DNA from: Camelus ferus | Taxonomy: Eukaryota | DNA length: 64,000 bases | NCBI RefSeq assembly: GCF_009834535.1 | Contig: NC_045715.1 | Coordinates: forward strand, 14,632,001 to 14,696,000 | Direction of reading: 5' to 3' | Shown here: positions 34,601 through 48,049 of the stretch, piece after piece | How the letters are laid out: the number at the start of each line of letters is the position of its first letter | How positions within the stretch are numbered: the stretch's first letter is position 1 | Position numbers and translations under genes: made by a program | Notes under the pieces: model-generated | The model's database searches: none | What the model was told of the DNA's origin: nothing | What the model saw: the letters and a program-made list of their open reading frames with translations, nothing else

Positions 34601-36229
34601 CCCTTATCCTACTGGTGGGCTGGAATTGCATGCACTGGCCCTTACGCCCTCGAAAGACGTTTGTGTACACGTCACTTCTCAACTCCGTGTCCGATGACGT
34701 CGGACAGATGTCAGAGTGGCTAAAAATCTCCCATGAAAATGAGCAAAAACCACCAATCAGGGCTTTTTTTTTTCCGCTGGGAAAGCTGGTTGTTAAACAT
34801 TTCCCACCACCACGTCTCACCTCCGGAGGCTAGTTGAGAGTGACCAAATTGGTGTTGGAGAGTTTGCAATATCACTAAAATAAATCAACCTGCTTACCGC
34901 TGTTTTTAATCCATAATGATGCCCAAGAAAGGTTTTAATTTGTCTTATAAGAATCCTGGGTTTTTTTTTTTTTTTTTACATATATATGTACTTACAAACC
35001 AGGCTTAAAAATAGTAAGAGGAGCACATGCTTTTTATGAAATACTTAAGACGATACAGAGAAGTAAAAAAAAAAAAAAAAAAAAAAGCTGGAAAATATCA
35101 CCCTTAGTTCTACCACCCAAAGATAGTAATTTTTTTCAGAGATTATAATTAAAAAAAAAATAGAAATTTAGAAAGTTAAGTTGTTTGACCAAGCTTTCCT
35201 TTCAAGAGAGAAAGCTGGAAAAAGGGAAGCACTCCTTGATTTTTGTTAAAATGACCCTTATTCATCATGGAAAGGTTAATTTTCAGTCTTTCACGATCAC
35301 TGAAGTGAGTCACAATTCCAAAAAGACAACCTTAGAACAAGGTTTCAGTTGGCCCCTCCCCTCGTCTTGGATTTCAGTGTCCGAAAAGTTTTGTTACTGT
35401 CTGACTTCAGTGTGTTAGCAGGAGTTTTAGGGGTTATGAAATAATAAGATCATCTGTCCTCCGAATTCTCACAGTGTGCTGCATCTGAGCTCCCTGAGAA
35501 ACTGTCCTCAGCCAGGAGTCCAGTCTCTGGCACCTCTTGGCATCATTGAAAAATGAAGGCCCCTTCCAATTGCGCAATGAGAAAGTCAGCAGTAACTGTG
35601 GTGGGTTCAGGGATCCACAAAGTGTGACCGTCAGGGCCTGGCTGGGCTCAGAAGCACACATCAGAGCACGTTAACCGAGATGTGTTTGCTTTGGAACTAA
35701 GACTGTTTCAGAAGTAAGTCGAGGATCCAAGTGTAATAAAAGATGAGGGGACAAGACTCTCCTTCTTTTTAAACAACACTTGTGACTTGTTACCCGTCCC
35801 CCATCCTGGTGCTGTCACACTGCAGTTTGAGTTGAACACACAGCATCTGGCACTGATTAAGTCGTATTAGTACATCCAGCTGGCTAACCTTACAACCTAA
35901 TAGGGTACCGCCATCATCCTTGTCCTGAAAGCTCCCACACGTGAGCTCACCCCTGATGGCTTGTTTAAAGTCATGCTTGTGACTATTCCAGACCTTTAAG
36001 ACAAGTGTGATTTTTCTACTCCAGAACTTTAAGATAAGTTCATAGCAAAAGCTGTGCAGAATGCTGAAAGCTGTTGGAAATATACAGAACTCAGAATTGA
36101 GGTCCTTGTCATCATGGTGTTTGCCCTCTGATGGGGGATGTGCGATAGGCATCAATTCATAAGGCCCAGCAGAACCCAAATCACAGAGCAGGTGTCATAA
36201 AACCCTTGGCTACAAATGCTTCCTTTCAC

Positions 36230-36446
36230 CAAGAGTGAACCTAAGGGAAACTATGAACTCTGGATAATGACGGTGTGTTAATGTAGGTTCATCATTTGTA
36301 ACAAATGTAGCCCTCTGGTGAGCAATGTTGATGGTGGGGAAAGCTGTGCGTATGTGGGGAAGAGCATATATGGGAACTCTCTGTACTTTCTGCTCAATTT
36401 TGTTGTGAACTGCTCTAAAATATAAAGTCTATTAAAAAAAAAAAAA
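36230..36446 (+). mobile_element. L1M (MB/MC-like) 3' end with poly(A)
   Basis: aagagtgaacctaag...gggaactctctgtactttctgctcaattttgttgtgaac...aaagtctattaaaaaaaaaaaaa. Confidence 0.85.
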
Positions 36447-39400
36447 GAAAGCTTCCATGTTCAAAGAGTGGGAAGAATCCACTGCCAGAGCTATGACATT
36501 TCTGGTGGACACCACGAAAGCCAGACTCTGAGTATGTGTTCAGGGATGCTCTGGACCCTGAGTCATTAGAAATAAGTTTATAGAAAGGAAAGAAAGAAGG
36601 AAAGAAACTCACTTGAAAGTCTTTGTTTCCAATAAACCATCAACCATTGATTTGTAGAAGTTTGCAATTAAAAGTGATGAGAGAGAGAGAGAGATGCTGC
36701 ATTTTCATTATGGTTCCTTTGAGAACATTGGTTTTGGAAGCTTTAATTTTTTTCTTTTCAGTGTAGTACAATAGAGAGGAGGCGTGAAGGTAGAGCAGAG
36801 GAGGCAGTCAAAGGTCAAGAGATCTGCAGCGTGACTCCTTCCTGCAAGTCCACAAATCTCCAGTAAAACCTGTCAAGAAAAAAATCATAAAATGCCTGCC
36901 TCAAAGTAATCGGAGAACAAGCCAAGTTTTGTGTTCTGAGTGTCTTTGGGTGTAAAGGGACAACTCCCAAGAGTTCAGGAGAGTGAAGGCAAGAGAGAAG
37001 CGTGTAAGAGAATATGATTGTCAGAAAAATAAGTTTATTAGCACTGGTCTCTTAGCTATGGTAATGATCAATTTGAGGAATATTGTTACAGCCAGAAAAA
37101 TCCCTCTGGTGGATATATTATACCCCAAACCGAGGGATTGCTGACCTCAACACCAAAAACAGATGGTGGTTTCTAAACTAGGTTAATAATAGAATCCAGA
37201 GTTATCACACAGAAGAACTTCAACTGCTAACCCAGTTTAATCTGAAATGATGCTTAGAAGGTATAATAGTGGCAGACAGGATCGCTCCAGTCAGATGGGA
37301 AAGTACTCACAATCTATTAATCTTGGAAGATTATTATAGAAACAGAGAAATCACCTGGGGATTGACTGTCTATTGTTAGAAGATAGATTGAACCATGCTG
37401 GGAGGAAGTCACGACATCTGTTAAGTACTTTGAACTTGGCCAGAAAATCACATATCTCTTCTTGGTGACTGACTTCTCCGAGATGGCTTTGATAGGTCTC
37501 ATTGCTTTTCAACTTATTCAGAATCAGACAAGAAAGAAGGTGGTTAAGATTTTAGTATGAAGCTCAAAGATGCTTTTGGGAGAAACATTATACATGTGTT
37601 AACTTTCTCTTCTGCTGGATGTGGAGCAGATCTGGAATATCTTTGTGTTGGATCCGTGGAGCCTGGGAAGGATAATGGGGAAATGCAGGTATTTCAAGGG
37701 GCGGATAATTGATCTACACACATTCAGGGCCTCTGATGTGGTGGGGCCGTTGAGGGGTGCAGCTTAGTAGGAGATGACAGCACCGTGATCCCTGTTGATA
37801 AGCTGGGCACTGGGGGAGTGAAGGTGACATTGGGGCCACTTGACTTTGAAGGAATGATGTAGACCTGGGGAGAAGTAGCAATATGACTCACACAGACTAA
37901 GGATCAGATTGCTCCAAATATGGACTCAGCTGGTTTGGAGAGGAATTGATTATTGAATTTGGATTAAAGCACAACTCAGATGATTCTAGTGTATAACCAA
38001 AGCTGGGAACCATTGCTTAGCTGAATCTACGTTTGGGTTCTACATAGGGTTTGTCTGGTGCTTTTATTGTATTGACTTCTATTGAGTTGACCTTGTATTG
38101 ACGCTCAAGTCCACCTGGGTTCTCCCCTTTCATAATTATTTGTCTTGTCTCCCAACCTGTTGTCTGCTCGGCCTCTGAAACTTGAATTCTCCTATGCAGT
38201 CTTCTTGAATATGGCTTTCACAGCAGAAAAGCCCAGTCATGTCTCAAGAGGCATTTTAGTGGAACCTTTGCTTTTCGAGACCAGGACATGATTCTCTGGT
38301 TCCATCTTCAGTCTCTGGCTGTGAGACATTAAAAAAGAGAACCTGTAGCCAAGGGCGCTCCTGATATCATAATCCCAAGGTTATAGCGACATGTCCTTAA
38401 GGGTCTTACCATCGTCATGGCTCCTTCAGTTCAAGACCCAAGAGCCAGAAGGTATGTGTGTGGCTTCCAAAGCTCTCCTGCTCGGAGCCAGCACTCTGAT
38501 TATAGAACTTTATAGACCAGAGAACGAGTGGATAAACAGGGTGATCAAAACTCACACTTTGCTTTAGTAAAATGTCCTCCCACTTGAGGCAGTTTTTTGT
38601 TTCTGAAATGTCCAGCCTCTGCAGTGGGCCTCCTGAGTGTTGTCTAGACTTCATCATTTCACTACTGAGGGAACAGGAAGGACTGTGGGTGGTGTCCGGA
38701 CTTCAGGTCAAGGTGAAACTCATAAACCTTCACGGGGCCTCACAGTTACCTCCCCTCCCACTTTGTTTCTGTTATCCTGAGGTGCGAGCTTTCTAATGAC
38801 AGTTAAAAAAAAAAAGAGAGAACTTCCCACATCTCAACAGCTTTGGTTAAAACCTCCAGGAGTCCTGGTCCCTTGCAAGTGAGAGGTTAAAAAAAAAAAA
38901 AAAGTTTAGGCATTGTGAACTCTTCCTTTGAAATTCTCATTTGCCTTTGAACATACTCTTCTGCCTTAAAGAGGAAAGTCACCTGTACTCCCCACAGCCC
39001 AGGCTGACTGGGAGGGGTTTTCAGTTCTACAAAGCTCACTTGGTGTTTCATAGGCTTATTTCTTTTTTCTTGAGTATATCTGTGATGTAGAGTGTTGGTT
39101 TTCCTGAGCTCAGCTTCTGTGATCTGACACACGACCCCTAGGTTATCAATCTGAAACATAGCTTTAAAACCTGCATAGATTTGGTGGTATTTGGAAAAAC
39201 AAAAGCAAAAACAAAAACCCAACTCCCGTATAGACTTATAAGTGAAATTATCCTCAGAAGGTATTGAATCTTACATTTGCTAAGTTAGACAGAAATATTG
39301 TCTAAAGCAACTTTATTCATTAAATTACTCTTTGTTCATTTTGTGAAGGACCCATACAATTTAACAGAAATTTTCTAGGCTTGCCCTCCTTTGTAGTTAC

Positions 39401-41066
39401 GGGTAGTGGGGCTAATTTTTCAAGAAGCTGGAATGGGGACTGAAAGTAAAATATGGGCTTAGGCTGCCTCGTGAGATTCAGTGAAATCAATAGAAAACTC
39501 TTGGATTTGCATTCTTAGCAGTGGAACTAAGGAGGTGTGGACACACATACATTCCCCAGTAATGAAACTTCAGGATGTGCTCCTTAATGGAAGATAATCA
39601 ACTGCAATGCAAATTTAATGAACTCTGTTTTTGAAAGGCAAACCAAATCCAATATCCCATGGAAAATTAACCTAGTCCATAATCTAATTTGAAGCTTTAA
39701 GCTGTGAGAACAACCCACAGCACTGGCCAAATCTGCCTCTTCCGATGCCTGCAGGAGGTGGCCGTCCTTCTCAGGTTTACTGCCTGTTCCTGCATGTTAC
39801 ACTGTTGGCTAAATGCTGCCACTCTTAATCCTTAACAGGGGTGTTCTCAAACTTACAGTAACCACGCATGAAATGTTAGCCTCCATAAGATTGTTTGGGA
39901 AAAAAAATTCATCTGAGCGAATAGTAAAAAAAAAAGGAAGGAAAGCTCCGTTTCAGCCAAACTCAGTTCCAGTTTAATGCAAGCGTCCATCCCTCCACAG
40001 AACAGCTCCCCTTCCTCCCTCAGTCAAGCGTTGGGGAGCTTTTCTTACTTTCCTTGAACCACAGAGAATCTGCCCTGGCCCCTCTGTCTCAGAAAACGGG
40101 CTACCTGCCCTACTTTCAAAGTGAAACTCCCTTCCCTGATTCGGTGGCCCTTTATCCTTCAAAGTCCCCGGAGGAGGCCCCCTGCAGCACACTCCTCTTT
40201 CCAGTGTAAAGCTACTTCCTGTGATGACAGGTGCTCCCCTCCCAGCATGCCTTTTCAGGAGTGGCCGACAGGCCGTGGGTCCAGCACGTTTTCCTGGCTC
40301 TTTTGATGAAGCATCCCGGTGCCAGGTGGAGCAGCCAGCCGAGCATGTAGGTCTGGAATGTAGGAGAGTGTGCAGCTGGAGACCTGGGTTTTGATCATTC
40401 CCAGGGAGCTATTAGTTGACATCATAGCGGAGGGTAAGATTGTCAGCTGAGGAGATGGAAAATGGAAACAAAATTCCACAGCACCCTGAATCATCTAGAA
40501 GATGTGGACAAGCTCCATGGGGCCCGGTGTCCTGCATGTGAGGGAGAGAAGGGGAAAAAGAGAGAGTGAAGTGTAGCAATTGGGAAGGCAGACCATGAAG
40601 AGAACTCTTAACGGTGCAGAAAAAGGATGTGATGCAATTTTGTGCAGCTTTTCTAAGTTAATGAGGAATACAGGTTATTAAGCCTTTTGAAGAGTATTTT
40701 GGAGGCAAACAGAGCCTTCTGTAGAAGTTAATTTATAAAGATTTAGAGACTTGGTACTGAACAGCTACACTTAGAGTAAATGCATATGGGAGAAGGAGAT
40801 TTAGCAATAACGGCCAGGAGAAAATAAGGGGCTGCCGTAGCGTGGTTGGTGTGATTATGGTTCACAAACCACACATGGTATATACAGTGAGATCTGGACT
40901 TGAGATGAGGAGAGACTGTTTCTGAAGCCACATTTATGTTAAGTGTTCTTACCTCCCCGCCCCCTATTTCCTTTTCAGAGAATGAATGGGAGACACGTGT
41001 TAAAACCCACCTTGTAAACTTTATAGTTCATTTTGTTTAACTAATCATGCACTCTGTAAATGGAAT

Positions 41067-41165
41067 CTGGGTTGCCAGACTCAGCACATACAAATATGGG
41101 GTGCCTAGTTGAATTTGAATTTCAGATAAACAATGAATAATCGTTCTAGTGTATATCTGTCCTGT
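41067..41165. mobile_element. MER53 MITE, left half
   Basis: gggttgccagactcagcacatacaaatatggggtgcctagttgaatttgaatttcagataaacaatgaataat. Confidence 0.8.
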
Positions 41166-42965
41166 GTATTATCTGGTCTGTAGTTTATAGGACAACACTC
41201 ATTTGAATCTAATTCCCATTAGAGTGTCCCATTCAGCATTCTCAACACAACCTACTGCTTTCCTCAAAGGAACCCAAGTTAAAGGCCCTCTCGGCCTTGC
41301 TGTGGTCCTCCAGACTGGCTGGGAGTCCTCAAGCAGCCCCACTGCATGCTGGTTCTCCAGCTTCGCTATAAAATCTCCATTCCCTTGTACACAGATGCTT
41401 GAAGAAACACTCCAGATTCTTGCCTCCCAAACCTGCTGAGTCCTTAATGTGGTTTTCTATTGTTGACCCTTTTCTTCTAGTTATTTTTTCTCTTCCTTCT
41501 ATCCACTCCTCTACCACATGGCTTTTCAGATGGTCTCTTGCTTTCCAAGACACCCTCCCCTCATCTGTAGGTGTCCTCTGCTTCACATCCCCAGGCAGCC
41601 AGCCTTGCCCACCACCGAGTGGTAGCTGATTTTGCAGGTTGTGGCCAAGATAGCACACTGTTCCCCACTTACCCCAATTAGCAAGACCAACAGATCTGAT
41701 GGAGCCTCCCCAACTATTCAAGCCAAGAATTTCATGCCCCCCGTGGCCACGATGAGGAGGGAAGTACCTCTTACAGAGCACTGTCTCTTTAAGGCTCAGT
41801 TCTGCAAGGTTTCCCCAGTGATAGCTGCTCAGACAGGCCCTGGGGGAGTGAGGGGCCAGTTCTCAGCAATCACATGCTGAAGGCAGAGGCACATCTGAGA
41901 GTGTTTTTACACTATTTTATTTTATTATGCTAGGATTTGGAGGAGAAGGGCATGGCACAGTTTTCTTAGGAACTCCAGACCTAAGCTCAAAGCCCCCCTC
42001 CAAAGAACCCTTTCATATTTATTCACCCTGAAATAAAAAGATTTTAATTTGAGCTGACAATCTCGACATTTCATTAGCACCGAAATCAAGTAAAATCAAT
42101 TCATGTCTCCAGGATTGCTTGTTACAGAGAAGAAATTTTAAACATGTATAACCGAATAGTGGCAGATGTCACCCAAAGCTTATGCAGAGAAGATGCCTTT
42201 CTTTGCGATGGATGGACTTATTCCACGGATCGCCCCGAAACTGCCCTCCCTGGTTACCTCTGTGGGGTTATGTCACTGTTTCTTGTGACCTAGAGTCCTA
42301 AGAGTTCTGGTCTTGGTCCTCTGAGGCATTTTTACCCCGCTCAGGTTGGCTGTGATAAATGCTGTGTTTTTTTTCAGCCAGACATTTCTTCTACCAGAGT
42401 TCTGCTCAGAGTCGTCTACCAGTTCGATACCTGGGTCTAGCTTCTACGATGGCCCAGGCTGGGTTAGATCTGCACAGGTTTGGGGCCAGCCCCGGGAACC
42501 ACTCCTAGCTAGTTCGGACGTTACTCACCTGAGCTAACGCCATTCCTGCCGCTTTTCATGGAAACAGCTCAGCCTTATCTGGCAACATCTGAAATGACTC
42601 TCTCTTTCTCTCTCCCCTCTGAGCGTGAATACTGTCGGAGATTTTTTTTACTTCATGTGACTGCCCGGTAAACGTCATGAGCGTCATGACTGCATTTATC
42701 CATGTGGACAAATGACTTTTGTCATCTTTGGGGCTGAAGCCAAACAAGGCCCTTCTCAGAAACACAGACTTCTGCCACCCTTCATTCCTTCTAGCTCACA
42801 GCTGTTTTTACAGCAGCTCTAGAGTGTGGAATTTTGGGAACCGGCCAAATGGTTTGGGTGTGTCTGTGCAGATTCAAAGATCTTTGGGGGAGTAGGGAAA
42901 GCAGCAAAAGAAAACAATTTTCCTTCCCTTGGTTTCTAAGCCTTTCTGTCCATCTGCATCGTGCC

Positions 42966-42985
42966 TGTGTGTGTGTGTGTGTGTG
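42966..42985 (+). repeat. (TG)10 microsatellite
   Basis: Direct reading of the sequence. Confidence 0.95.
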
Positions 42986-44509
42986 CGTGTCCTGGGCTAA
43001 GTTGTCTTAGACTGTAGGAGGAATAGACCGTATTTTCATATTCTCTGTAATCTTGGGTTTCATTTCCTCTCATTCTCTTTATTCTACTGCCAAATCACTG
43101 ACCTGTCTAACCTTTGCTGCAAGGATAAACTCTGACCTTCATGGAAATTCCACCATCTCAGGAAAGGAAAACTTTAGCTCCAGCCAGGCCTCGAATCTTG
43201 CAATGAAGGGAAGCTGAAATGAGGTTTTTATTGGAATGAGGCACTATCAAAGGGTTTACTCAAAATGAGCATCTTAAAGAATTGCTTTTGTTAAAAAATC
43301 GTCTCCAGCATTATTTTTTTTTTAAATGCATTTCTGCGGATGGTTCCTGGTATTAGACTAAAAAAAAAAAGTACAGTAATAACAAATTCAATGTTTTCTC
43401 ATAGTGTACATACAGACCACAAATTCAAATCCTAAAGTTTTATAATAATGACTCTAGTTCTTAAATGTCACCAATATGAAAAGCTACTTCATGAATTATT
43501 TAGTCTTTCTCTTCCCTGTCTTCCCATGTTCCTTCACAGTTCTGAAGGGCATTTTCAGTCACTAAATATACTGTGATATTGCTTTCCCAAACTTTTAATT
43601 CCATGGACTATAGAGGGCTTATTAAAATGGGCATGATTCCCAGTACTGTAGAAAAAAGTGTTCGGGGGGGGGCAGTATCAAGACATACTATTACACTTAC
43701 TTGTCTAAGTGTTATTTGATCTCCAGGAAGAATTTACTGTTGGTCTGAGGTCAAAGAGTCTTTAGCCAAGATGAAAGCTGAAACAGAAGACTGCAGTGGT
43801 TAGGTTCAGACCCTGGTACAGTTGTCTGTTGTGGGTGCTGGGACCGTGGAACTGTCCTGTGGAAGAGCAGGATGGGGCCATCCTTCCAGATCCAAAGTCT
43901 GAGGGCTTCCAGAACATGGAGTAGACATCACTGTTAGTAGCCTGTTAAAAATCAGGGTCGACAGGTAAAATACTGTTGGCCTGAGTCCCTTAGCCCCCAC
44001 ACTCTTATTGGCATTTCATGACCCCTCTTCTGTCCATCAAAAGCAGGACAAACAATGAAACAGGTATCTGCATTGAGCACCTATTATATGCTGCGAGACG
44101 TTTCCAGAGAGAAAGACCAGGGTTCTTGCCTTGCCGCCGGGCCTCGCCCGCGAGCTAAGCCTCTTTGACATGAACCCGAGCCTGGCAGGATGCGTCTACC
44201 TTCCAGCTGAGTCGTTGGTGATACTTACGCTCTAGGACACGACATCCCCATCATCACCGTCTCCCGAGGAGGTTGTTAGAAATGCGGATCACTTGCACTT
44301 CACCCCTGAGATGCTGGTTTACTTAGTAAATACGGGGCCCAGAGATCTGCATTTTCATGAGCACCCATGGTTTCTGGGTATAAACCAGTCAACGCTGTCC
44401 TCATTTATACCAGTCTTCATCTGTTAAAGAGAAATGTTAGGCACAAGAGATGGGCTCCAGCTAAAAAGATTTGCTCAGAAACAATGGATTGAAAGATAGC
44501 CTTGAGGAT

Positions 44510-44647
44510 TTATTTATATATATATATATATCTAGATATATAGATATATATATTTATATACACGTCTTATATAGTAACTCAATATACTATTCATACTTTA
44601 TATACTAAATATATGTATTTAATTTCATGTACCTTATTTTTTAAAAT

Positions 44648-44699
<52 letters not shown>

Positions 44700-44720
44700 T
44701 ATTTATAGACACAGGTTTTA
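44510..44720. repeat. AT-rich low-complexity tract containing a perfect (TA)22 at 44653-44696
   Basis: Direct reading of the sequence. Confidence 0.95.
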
Positions 44721-45261
44721 TTTAAGGCTGGAAAGTATTAATGTTCCTTAGCAAAGAGAATTATTTTTGTACCATATGAGAATTATTTTTGGGAAAAAAA
44801 AATCCAGCAGGGGGCTTTTCGCAAACTCCTTAGGCTGGATTCTAAAAATCACTCAGATCTGTTGTGACATTTTCCGTGGCAGAAAGTCTCCCTGTTGTGT
44901 GCACATAAGTAAATTGTGTGTAAGGAACGTGTAGAAGCTGTGTGATCTGAGGGAGGGGAGAAGGAGCAGAGCTCTGTACAGATTTAATTTTGGCCATTTG
45001 TTCCTCCAACTGCATAAAGTACAGTTGTTATAACTGAACGTGGGAGGAAGTTAAACGCCCTGAACGAGGGGTGTCACCTTCTTGACACCGACAGCTCATT
45101 TCAAAAGCTCAGTGGCAGACCTATTTTCAGAATTTCTAAACTGCCGTAGATTTGAGGTGCCAGTTAGAGGAGATAGAATCTATTAATAGACTCAGGTGAT
45201 ATGACCCAAAGGCTGTGTGGCTTTAGCTTTATAAATAAAATCACTGGTTTTCAAAATGTCT

Positions 45262-45280
45262 CCCCACCCCACCCCACCCC
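45262..45280 (-). other. CCCC-a-CCCC-a-CCCC-a-CCCC tract: potential G-quadruplex on the minus strand (i-motif on plus)
   Basis: Four C4 runs with single-nt spacers. Confidence 0.65.
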
Positions 45281-48049
45281 ACCATCCATCTCCAGCCTCC
45301 CACACCCCTACTGATGGGTCGTGAATTTCCATAATTGAGGGCGGTGGCTTCCGCTAAAATAAATAAATAAATAAATCCCTGAGCTTATGGGCTGAAATGC
45401 AAGCTAAGCACAAGAAACAGACCTCAACCCTTGCTATCTGATAGTCTTATTCTGTGGGTCTGGGGGAGGCCAGGCAATTGCCTTTTAATAAGCATCCAGG
45501 TCTTTCTGATGGGATGGATGTTTGGACTACAACTGGGGCCAGTCTACATTAAAGCGTGCGCGGCTGAAGGCAGATCCCATCTCCAGAGGAAGAGGGAGCC
45601 TGGGCATGCACTTCAAGGGAAGTGCAGGGAGGATGCCAGCTCGGGCACACGTCACCTCTTTCCTGCTTTCTCCGGATTAGCTCTTAATAATCATCTGTAC
45701 GGGACAGATGCTTAAAGCATAGAAACAAATGACCAAGACTAGGAAAGCTCTTCACCTTCTCAAGGACATTATGTGTAAGATCGTATGATGGAACTGTGTT
45801 TTACTGGAGGAGGAGGGTTTGAAGCCTCTAAGTTTGGAAGTGGGTGAGCGGATACCAGCAGCGTTTGATCTGCGGAGCAGACGGGGCACCGAGAATGATC
45901 TGGAGAACGTTCCCCTGCACACCCTCCCAGGATAGCTGAGGACACACACCCTCTCTCGTCCAATCTTCATCCCTCCTCCACGCTCAGCTGGAGTTCTGAG
46001 GGTACAGATGCTTCACTGTGAGAAGATTGTGATTGGATTTGGGACCAGGAGCTGGGGAAGTTAGCCAGGGTGACTGCCGGGCATGAGGTTGATCTTTGAT
46101 AGGGCTTTCCAGGGGCAGCAGGGGCCTCGGAAAGACTGCGCACACGGAAATGGGGATGATCCCGGCTCAGAGGGACAGGCCTCCCTGGCCAAGGTGAAGA
46201 TGCCCGGAGGAGCGAAAGCTGAATGATCTTGAGTAAGGAGCCATCTGGGCAGAGATGCAGGGCCTTCTGCCTCGCAGACTGAGGGTGGTCTGGCCAACAA
46301 GCCCATTAGATTCCCACCCGTATTTCCCGGGTGCCCGATACGATCTGAAACATCGGCAGTAGTAAAAGCTACTCTTGGACACTTGCTCCAAACCAGTGCT
46401 TACGTGTCACACGTTAGCTTATTTAATCCTCACAACAATCATCTGGGGCAGGGACTTCTCTGAAGATCAGGCAGTAGGAAAGATGGCAGAGCCCCCATTA
46501 AACCCCAGCGTCTCTATCTGCAGACACTGGGCTTACCGCTCTTAGACTGTTACCAAGCGTGTATGGGGTTCATATTGAGGTCCGTACTATCCAGGAGGTA
46601 ATAACTCCAGAGCGGTCACAGAGAGGATTGAACATGAAGGTAAAACCCTCAGAAGGTTTACAGAAGGCATACCTTCCAGGTGCTCACGTGAGGCAGATAG
46701 TCGGTCCTCCACACAACCTCCCCTACACAACCTATAATTACCAAGTCACTTGCACTGGGGCCTCAGATCTTTCCTTTGCCAAGGATTGTTTAAACATCCC
46801 TTGTGCAGGGTACACCCATTAGTGGAGACTTGATTGGAAAGCCCCCGTGGAAGTACCACGTCTCGAGTTCCATTTACAGTCATTTTTCCTCCTCCTTTTA
46901 AGCACCAAATGCTGTCTTTGGCACTCTGCAGATTGGACAGAAGGTCTGCCTTCAGGGGTATAGAGTGAAAGCCATCATTTTCTGCCCTACTTAGCGCTAT
47001 GGCTAATTTTCATCTTCTGTTTATAAAATTATTAGCACTAGTGATGTAGGGAGCAGCTTCTGGGGTGGTGTTCTGTTGAAATTTCAGCTTGGGAGCTTGG
47101 AAGGAAAAATCAGATCAAAGTGAGCCATACAAGGAAATGTAAATATTAGGGGAGCGGCCTGGAGAGGCTGGTGACGCGCCAGTCCCTCTGACAGCAGATT
47201 TCCATGGAGAACTGTATTTTCATGACCGGTTCACATGTAAATAGTCAACGGAATGGATCATTCTGGCAAAAATAAGTTCAGAAAATCTGCTTGATAATAT
47301 CCATTCAACCTGCTTGGCTTTCCTGCCGCTGTCAGTACTTTGCAGCATAAGCAAGTGCCCATAAGCCACACGGAAGGTGGGAAGCCCAGGAGGGAAGTCT
47401 TCCCAGCATCAGCCTCCTCTGCGGCATGGAGAGACAGGTCCATCGGATCTGCTGGAATGGCTTTGAGCCCTGGCGATGACGATGGACCATGAGGTGGCGC
47501 TGGGAGAGAGCCCTGCCTCCATCCCTGACTCCTGCTGAGCCCAGAGTAAGTGGTCTTCCCAGCAATAGACACTAGCACACCTAAGGGTTAACGTGGCATC
47601 ACTGTTGCAAGGCGGAGGCGGGGCTGATGTGAATTATTTCTCCTTACTTCCCCTGACATGGGCACTGCTCTGGGAGTGACGGCACCACACGTTCAGTGGA
47701 GTAACACAGAGAGGTGGTTTCGTAGGAACCATGGACTGAAAAGTGTTCTAGAGATCACTCTCACCTTCATCAGACCCCGGCTGTGCGGGAAATACATTAC
47801 ATCATCAATAGCCTGAGACAGGCAAGCGTTACGAAGGGGAGAGTGGCTGGAAAACAATACATTTTAATTTTATTCCTAAACAATGATGATATCTAATCAT
47901 TCCTATGAGACTCACACGTCACTCCGTAAACCCAGTGCTGATCGTGAAACCCATGGAAGACTGTCTACAGTTTCGCTGGGTACCCACACCCTTCTATTCC
48001 TGATTGGAGGGTTCTGTTTCCAAATCATGGGGGGTTTTAAATGCAAAGA

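Noticed and set aside
42077-42293. Stop-free frame reading ...REEILNMYNRIVADVTQSLCREDAFLCDGW...
   Set aside because: It looks protein-like but I recognise no homologue and it has no convincing donor site. The length is within chance expectation. A tBLASTn would settle it.
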